Origin: Rhizobiaceae bacterium
Lineage (GTDB): Bacteria; Pseudomonadota; Alphaproteobacteria; Rhizobiales; Rhizobiaceae
Length of the DNA: 32,756 bases
Reading direction: 5' to 3'
Assembly: GCA_016793565.1 (NCBI GenBank)
Contig: JAEUMA010000569.1
Location: 1 to 32,756 of the forward strand
Under the pieces are notes generated by a model. The model was not told the DNA's origin. It made no database searches and was given only the letters and a program-made list of their open reading frames with translations. Position numbers and translations under genes: made by a program. Each line of letters starts with the position of its first letter. Within the stretch, counting starts at the first letter, position 1. Of this stretch, positions 26,060-32,756 are shown piece by piece.

Positions 26060-27060
26060 ACGCGCATAGTCCTTCCTCGGCGGGCACCGGGACGGCCGCG
26101 GAAGGGACATCCCAGCGCATGAGCTTGCGTCTTTCGGGCAAGACGGAATGCGCCGAGGGCATCGCCGCCTTCGAACTGGTCGATCCGTTGGGGCGCGATC
26201 TGCCAGTTTTCATGGCGGGCGCGCATCTCGACGTTCATCTGCCGAACGGGATGGTGCGCCAGTATTCGCTGCGCAATGCGCCCGCCGAACGCCACCGTTA
26301 CTGCCTCGGCGTGCTGCGCGAGCCGTATGGCCGCGGCGGCTCGGCCGCCATGCACGGCCTGGCCGCCGGCGATACGGTCGAGGTCGGCATGCCGCGCAAC
26401 AATTTTGTCCTGGAAGAGAACGCGCCGGTCTCGCTCCTCGTCGCCGGCGGCATCGGCGTGACGCCGCTCCTAGCCATGGCGCATCGGCTGACCGAACTAG
26501 GCCGCGACTTCACCTTCCACTACGCCGCGCGCAGCGCGGCGCGCATGGCGTTTCGCGAAGAGATCGAAGCCTCGGCCTTTGCGCATCGGGCACATTTCCA
26601 TCTCGACGACGGACCGGGAGACCAGCGTCTCGACCTTGAGGCGATCGCCTCCGCCGGGCGGCCCGGGGCCAGGCTCTATGTCTGCGGGCCGTCCGGCTTC
26701 ATGGACGCGGTGATCGACGCCGCACGTCGCGGTTGGCCGGAGGAGGCGATCCGGCGTGAATATTTTGCCGCCGCGCCGATCACGCGACGGGACGCAGATG
26801 ATGCCTTCCGCGTACGGCTGGCGCTGAGCGGGCGCAGCCTGGAGGTGCCGGCCGGCTGCACCATCGTCGAGGCGCTGGCGGCGATCGGCCTTGAGGTGCC
26901 GACCTCGTGCGAACAGGGCATCTGCGGCACTTGCGTGACGAAGGTGCTGTCGGGCACGCCGGATCATCGCGACCTGGTGCTGACCGATCGCGAGCGCGCC
27001 GATCGCATGACGCTCTGCTGTTCGCGCGCATTGAGCGACGAAATCGTGCTGGAGCTTTGA
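26056..27060 (+). CDS. PDR/VanB-family oxidoreductase (FMN, NAD, plant-type [2Fe-2S])
   Basis: The ATG at 26056 overlaps the GcvT-like stop (ATGA). A later ATG (MSLRLSG...) is possible. RQYSL, GGIGVTPLLAMA, YVCGPSGFM and CEQGICGTC...C motifs. Confidence 0.85.
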   Translation: MNAHSPSSAGTGTAAEGTSQRMSLRLSGKTECAEGIAAFELVDPLGRDLPVFMAGAHLDVHLPNGMVRQYSLRNAPAERHRYCLGVLREPYGRGGSAAMHGLAAGDTVEVGMPRNNFVLEENAPVSLLVAGGIGVTPLLAMAHRLTELGRDFTFHYAARSAARMAFREEIEASAFAHRAHFHLDDGPGDQRLDLEAIASAGRPGARLYVCGPSGFMDAVIDAARRGWPEEAIRREYFAAAPITRRDADDAFRVRLALSGRSLEVPAGCTIVEALAAIGLEVPTSCEQGICGTCVTKVLSGTPDHRDLVLTDRERADRMTLCCSRALSDEIVLEL

Positions 27061-27320
27061 TAGGATGGCGCTCGTGAGCATCGGAGCACGATGTTGGATA
27101 TGAGGCGCCTTCGAAGCCATGCAATGCAACCTGGCTCTCCCGTCGCTCCAGGCCGTGGGCTGGACGACACGGTCAAGCGCGCCCCGCGGGAGGCTCGGCG
27201 CGCCGATATGGATCGTCTCATCGCGGCAGGGGAGGCGGCTGGCTGAAAGGCGGCGGGAATAGCAGGCAAAACGACACAAGACGGGAAAACCCGATTGGAA
27301 CCAGAGGGAAAGGCACTTCA

Positions 27321-28358
27321 ATGCTATCGAAACTAATCTCGAAAGCCGCGGCCTTCGCCGCGGCCCTGCTGCTGGCCATGCTGGCGGCTTCACTGCCGGC
27401 GAAGGCGCAGAAGCCCGACCGGCTCAGCGTCGCCGTCATCCTGTCGGCGGGCATCGAAAACGGCTGGGACGGCACCTTCATCAAGGCGCTGGAACGGGCC
27501 AAGGAAGCGGCCCCCCACGGCCTCAACATCTCGTGGAAATATACGGAGCCGCTTTGGGGCGACGATGCGGGCGATGCCATGCGGCTCTTTGCCGAAAGCG
27601 GCGAATACGACATCATCTGGGCGCACAGCACCTATTCCGACCAGGTGAAGAAGCTCAAGGAGGAGTTTCCGGAAATCCTGTTCGTCGTGGTCGGCTCAGG
27701 CAACGAAGGCCTCGGCGGCAACCAGTATTGGGTCTACAAGCGGGTTCACGAGCCGGCCTACGTACTCGGCACGCTCGCCGGCAAGATGACCAAGACCGGC
27801 GTCGTCGGTGCGGTGGGCACCTATCCGGCGGACGACGTGAACGATGAGATCAACGCCTTCTTCGCCGGCGCCAAATCGGTGCGTCCGGACCTCAAGCACT
27901 CCGTGGCGTTCATCGAATCCTGGTACGATCCGGCAAAGGCCGCCGAGTACACCAAGGCGCAGATCGCCACCGGCGCCGATTTCATCCTCCAGCTGGCCAA
28001 CAATTTCCAGCCCTGCGAAGAAGCCAAGATCTACTGCTTCGGCAATTTCTCGGATCAGAACTCCTTCGCGCCGAAGACCGTGCTGAGCAGCACCGAGGCA
28101 GTGTGGGATCCGGACCTCAACTGGATCATCAACGAGTGGTACGCACACAAGACCGAGGGCAAGGCCTATGACGGGAACAAGGAAAAGCACTGGTTCCCGA
28201 TGGCCGAAGGCGGCTCCGCAGTGGCGCCCTTCCACGACCTGGAATCGGCCGTACCGGAGAATGTTCGCGCCGAGGTGAAGGCCGTGGAGGGCAAGATCAT
28301 GGACGGCAGCCTGGAAGTTCCGCTGGACGTCTCCGAGCCCAAGACGACGGCGAAGTGA
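27321..28358 (+). CDS. BMP-family ABC transporter substrate-binding protein with Sec signal
   Basis: MLSKLISKAAAFAAALLLAMLAASLPAKA signal peptide. BMP-like blocks GVVGAVGTYPADDVNDEINAFFAGAK and IESWYDPAKAAE. AGAGGGAAAGG SD region. Confidence 0.85.
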   Translation: MLSKLISKAAAFAAALLLAMLAASLPAKAQKPDRLSVAVILSAGIENGWDGTFIKALERAKEAAPHGLNISWKYTEPLWGDDAGDAMRLFAESGEYDIIWAHSTYSDQVKKLKEEFPEILFVVVGSGNEGLGGNQYWVYKRVHEPAYVLGTLAGKMTKTGVVGAVGTYPADDVNDEINAFFAGAKSVRPDLKHSVAFIESWYDPAKAAEYTKAQIATGADFILQLANNFQPCEEAKIYCFGNFSDQNSFAPKTVLSSTEAVWDPDLNWIINEWYAHKTEGKAYDGNKEKHWFPMAEGGSAVAPFHDLESAVPENVRAEVKAVEGKIMDGSLEVPLDVSEPKTTAK

Positions 28359-28372
28359 CCGCGCGCGGGTCA

Positions 28373-28401
28373 GCGGTCGCGGCGAGGACGTCCGCGACCG
28401 C
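28373..28401 (+). other. Perfect 10-bp-stem hairpin between the binding-protein gene and the ATPase gene
   Basis: 28373-28382 (GCGGTCGCGG) is the exact reverse complement of 28392-28401 (CCGCGACCGC). No U tract follows. Confidence 0.55.
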
Positions 28402-28437
28402 GAGGCCTTAACCAGCACGATCTGCGAGAGCATTGCG

Positions 28438-29945
<1,508 letters not shown>

Positions 29946-29949
<4 letters not shown>

Positions 29950-31007
29950 TCACCTTCGAGCGCCGCGTCGAACCGAACCTCGGATGGACCGTGGCCGCCT
30001 TTGCGCTCGCTGTCCTGGCGTGCCTGCTGGCGACTGCGCTTCTGCTGGCCACGACCGGCGCCGACATAGGCCAGGCCTTTTCGGCGCTGTGGAAGGGCGC
30101 GGCCGGTTCACGGCGCGCCTTGACCTCCACGCTGGTCAACGCAACGCCGCTCATTCTCACCGGCCTTGCGACCGTGGTGGCCTTTCGCGCGCAGATCTGG
30201 AGCATCGGGCAGGAGGGCCAGGTGTTTGCGGGCGCGATGGGCGGCTATCTCGGCGCGACGCTGCTGATGGGTCTGCCGCCGGTCCTGTTCTTTCCGGCCG
30301 TGCTCGCCTTCGGCGTCGCGGCCGGAGCGCTGCTGGGCGGCCTCTGCGGCTGGCTGCGCACGCGCTTCGGCGTGAACGAGATCATCTCTACCGTGATGAC
30401 CAATTACCTGATCGCCTATTTGATGTCGTGGATGCTATCCGGAGGGCCGTGGACCGAGGTGGGCACCGTCGCCTACCACCAGTCGCCGGAACTGCCGGCG
30501 GACGCCGTGCTGCCGATGCTGGCGGGAATCCCGCGGCTGCACGTCGGCGTGGTGCTGCCCTTCGTGGCGGCGCTGTTCTGTTCCGTGCTGCTCGCGCGCA
30601 TGCCGCTCGGCTACGAGATCCGCGGGCTCGGCTACAATCCGGAGGCTCTGCGCCACAAGGGCGTGGATATCGCGCGAACGGTGGTCGTGGTGATGATGAT
30701 TTCCGGCGGGCTGGCCGCGCTTGCCGGCGCCATCGAGTTGTTCGGCGTCAGCCACCGCCTGCGCGCCGACAACTTCGCCGGCCTCGGCTACTCGGGCATC
30801 ATCGTCGGCATGATCGGCGGCCTCAGCCCGCTGGGCACCGTGGTCGCCGGGCTGTTCTTCGGCGGGCTGGCCAGTGGTGCGGTTTCCATGCGCGTGCTTT
30901 CCGATACGCCGGCGGCACTGGTGCCGGCGATTCAGGGGCTGACGCTCTTCTTCTTTCTGTGCGCCGGCGTGCTGGCGCGCTACCGGATCGTCAGGAAGGC
31001 GCCATGA
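29946..31007 (+). CDS. ABC transporter permease, BMP/nucleoside family, first permease
   Basis: 353-aa multi-TM protein. ATGA overlap with the ATPase stop. The SIGQEGQ motif parallels NIGAEGQ in 11602..12663. Confidence 0.88.
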
Positions 31008-31936
31008 GCCAGCTGTTCCAGGAAGCGATCCTCATCAGCATCCTCGCTTCCACGCTGAGGATCATGACGCCGCTGCTCTTTTCGGCGATGGGCGAACTGG
31101 TGACCCAGCGCGCCGGCATCTGGAACATGGGTGTGGAAGGCACGATGCTGATGGGCGCCTTCGCGGCCTATATCGGCGTCACGGCCTCGGGCTCACTTTG
31201 GCTTGCCGTCCTGGCCGGCGTATTGGCCGGCGTGCTGATGGGCGTGGTCATCGCCTTCATGACAGCAACCATGCGCGTCGACCATTTCATTGCCGGCCTC
31301 GGCCTGAACCTGCTCGCCTCCGGCCTCACGCTTTACTGGTTCCAGAGCTACATCAAGAGACGCGAGCAGCCGACCTTCTCCGGCTTCCAGAACTGGCCGA
31401 TTCCGGGCCTTGCGGACATCCCCTTCATCGGCGAGGTGCTGTTCTCCCAGCGCCTGCTAACCTACCTCGCCCTGCTCTGCGTTCCGGCCATCTGGTTCCT
31501 GCTTTACCGAACCCGCTACGGGCTGGAGCTGCGCTGCCTCGGCGAGAACCCCAAGGCGCTCGACGTGAAAGGGCTCAGCGTGCCCGCGCGGCAATACGCG
31601 GCCGTCATTTTTGGCAGCGCCATGACCGCGCTGGGCGGAAGCTTTCTCATGCTCGGCTTTTCCGACCGCTTCCTGGCCGATTTCAGCGCTGGGCGTGGCT
31701 GGATCGTGATCGTCGCACTGATCGCAGGAAACTGGGCACCGAAAGGCGTTCTGGTGGCGATCGTCGCCTTCGCTTTCCTGGAAGCGCTGGCCACGCACAT
31801 GCAGGTGCTTGGCGCGCCCGTTCCGCATCAGCTGCTTCTGGCGCTGCCCTATCTGGCGTCGATCGTCATTTTGATGTTCGTTCGCTTCCGCTCCGGCCAG
31901 CCGGCGCGCCTCGGCGTCGCCTATATGCGCGAGTAG
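31004..31936 (+). CDS. ABC transporter permease, BMP/nucleoside family, second permease
   Basis: Membrane-like C-terminal part of track ORF 29984..31936. The ATG at 31004 (MSQLFQEAILISIL...) overlaps the upstream stop (ATGA). The AGIWNMGVEGTML motif parallels SGVLNLGIEGMML in 10682..11602. Confidence 0.88.
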   Translation: MSQLFQEAILISILASTLRIMTPLLFSAMGELVTQRAGIWNMGVEGTMLMGAFAAYIGVTASGSLWLAVLAGVLAGVLMGVVIAFMTATMRVDHFIAGLGLNLLASGLTLYWFQSYIKRREQPTFSGFQNWPIPGLADIPFIGEVLFSQRLLTYLALLCVPAIWFLLYRTRYGLELRCLGENPKALDVKGLSVPARQYAAVIFGSAMTALGGSFLMLGFSDRFLADFSAGRGWIVIVALIAGNWAPKGVLVAIVAFAFLEALATHMQVLGAPVPHQLLLALPYLASIVILMFVRFRSGQPARLGVAYMRE

Positions 31937-32030
31937 GCTGGCCCGCTTCCGATCGGGGTTCGCGGGATAATTCTCGACGTGCTGTCGGGAACGCCCTAAC
32001 TCATGCGTCCTCTGCTGGAAGGAACCGGAC

Positions 32031-32411
32031 ATGCTTTACGCTATCCTCTGTTACAATTCCGAAGACGTGGTCGGCTCCTGGTCGAAGGCGGAGGACGACG
32101 CCGTCATGGCGAGCCTCGGCAAGGTCACCGGCGCGCTGGCGAGCCAGGGGCGGCTGGGGCCGGTTGCGCGCCTGCTGCCGACGACAGCGGCGACCACGCT
32201 GCGCAAGGGACGCGACGAGCCCGTGGTGATCGACGGACCCTTTGCCGAGACCAAGGAGCAGTTGCTGGGCTTCTACCTGGTCGACTGCAACAACCTGGAC
32301 GACGCGCTCGACGTGGCGCGCGATCTCGCCGCCGCCAATCCCGGCAGCGGCTCTTACGAGGTGCGTCCGGTCGGTGTCTATTTCCCCGCGCCGGCGACGG
32401 CTCCCGCATGA
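32031..32411 (+). CDS. YciI-like (YCII/DGPF domain) protein
   Basis: 126 aa. MLYAILCY... and DGPFAETKEQLLGFYLVDC are typical of the YCII-related family found upstream of ECF sigma genes. GGAAGGAA SD. Confidence 0.8.
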   Translation: MLYAILCYNSEDVVGSWSKAEDDAVMASLGKVTGALASQGRLGPVARLLPTTAATTLRKGRDEPVVIDGPFAETKEQLLGFYLVDCNNLDDALDVARDLAAANPGSGSYEVRPVGVYFPAPATAPA

Positions 32412-32756
32412 CCGATCTCGGCTTCATAGACGCCGCGCTAAATGCGGCTCGGCCCAAGGTGGTCGGCGCCCTGTTGCGCTATTTTCGCGACCTCGACGCG
32501 GCCGAGGAAGCGTTTCAGGACGCGTGCCTGCGCGCGTTGAAGAACTGGCCGCGGAACGGACCGCCGCGGGATCCGGCCGCGTGGCTGATCTTGGTCGGCC
32601 GCAATTCTGGCATCGATGCCGTGCGCAAGCGTTCGCGGCAGCAACCCATGCCGCCGGAAGACCAGGTCTCCGACCTCGACGATGTCGAGACGCCTTTGGC
32701 CGACCGGCTGGACGGCGCCGACTATCGCGACGACATTCTGCGGCTGCTGTTCATCT
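32408..32756 (+). CDS. ECF-type RNA polymerase sigma factor, 3' end cut by window edge
   Basis: Absent from the track because no stop is reached. The ATG at 32408 overlaps the YciI-like stop (ATGA). Translation MTDLGFIDAALNAARPKVVGALLRYFRDLDAAEEAFQDACLRALKNWPRNGPPRDPAAWLILVGRNSGIDAVRKR is a sigma-70 region 2. Confidence 0.8.
   Translation, partial: MTDLGFIDAALNAARPKVVGALLRYFRDLDAAEEAFQDACLRALKNWPRNGPPRDPAAWLILVGRNSGIDAVRKRSRQQPMPPEDQVSDLDDVETPLADRLDGADYRDDILRLLFI

Noticed and set aside
27091-27246. 51-codon ORF (MLDMRRLRSHAMQPGSPVAPGRG...) in the 260-nt gap upstream of the second BMP binding-protein gene
   Set aside because: Its third-position GC is about two-thirds, clearly below the neighbouring genes. 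It has no SD and is Arg-rich. I treat the gap as an untranslated leader or promoter region. A 7-bp stem at 27177-27203 and repeated GGGAA motifs are noted there but not interpretable.
29984-31003. N-terminal part of track ORF 29984..31936, a 650-aa reading frame
   Set aside because: It overlaps the first permease gene out of frame and is Arg/Gly/Ala-rich. The real permease starts at the ATG at 31004, coupled by ATGA to the upstream stop.
31941-31975. Possible terminator after the last permease (CCCGC...GCGGG with inner CCGATCGG, followed by ATAATTCTC)
   Set aside because: The stems are only 4-5 bp and alternative pairings compete, so I cannot support a terminator call.

Overview
GC-rich, densely coding DNA that looks alphaproteobacterial and Rhizobiales-like (inferred from codon bias and one repeat element). 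I saw no rRNA, tRNA, CRISPR, IS, integrase, phage or defence genes. I call 31 protein-coding genes, two of them cut by the window edges. Minus strand, left part (1-10.6 kb): dhaL/dhaK; an orphan type II lumazine synthase behind a clear FMN riboswitch; a translationally coupled PlsC-like acyltransferase and CdsA-like pair; and a LysR gene followed by a ydcS-ydcT-ydcU-ydcV-patD operon in the same gene order as E. coli. Centre (10.7-31.9 kb): an apparent uptake and demethylation locus, bracketed by two outward-facing BMP-family ABC importers. It holds two oxygenase modules. Module A (16.5-22.7 kb) is the most interesting. It has two tandem Rieske-oxygenase catalytic subunits that have lost the Rieske cluster ligands. 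Next comes a reductase carrying an intact N-terminal Rieske domain, then a GST-fold protein, then glutathione-dependent formaldehyde genes (frmA-type dehydrogenase, gfa). This cofactor distribution matches the NdmCDE methylxanthine N-demethylase of Pseudomonas putida CBB5, but with a duplicated catalytic subunit and an unknown substrate. Module B (23.7-27.1 kb) has an intact Rieske oxygenase, a GcvT-like folate-binding protein and a VanB/PDR-type reductase, with a divergent AraC regulator. Right edge: a YciI-like protein translationally coupled to an ECF sigma factor (truncated). Non-coding structure: stable hairpins directly 3' of the binding-protein gene in all three ABC operons, a double-palindrome element inside module A, and candidate operators. 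All functional calls come from reading the translations and from remembered family motifs. No database search was run.
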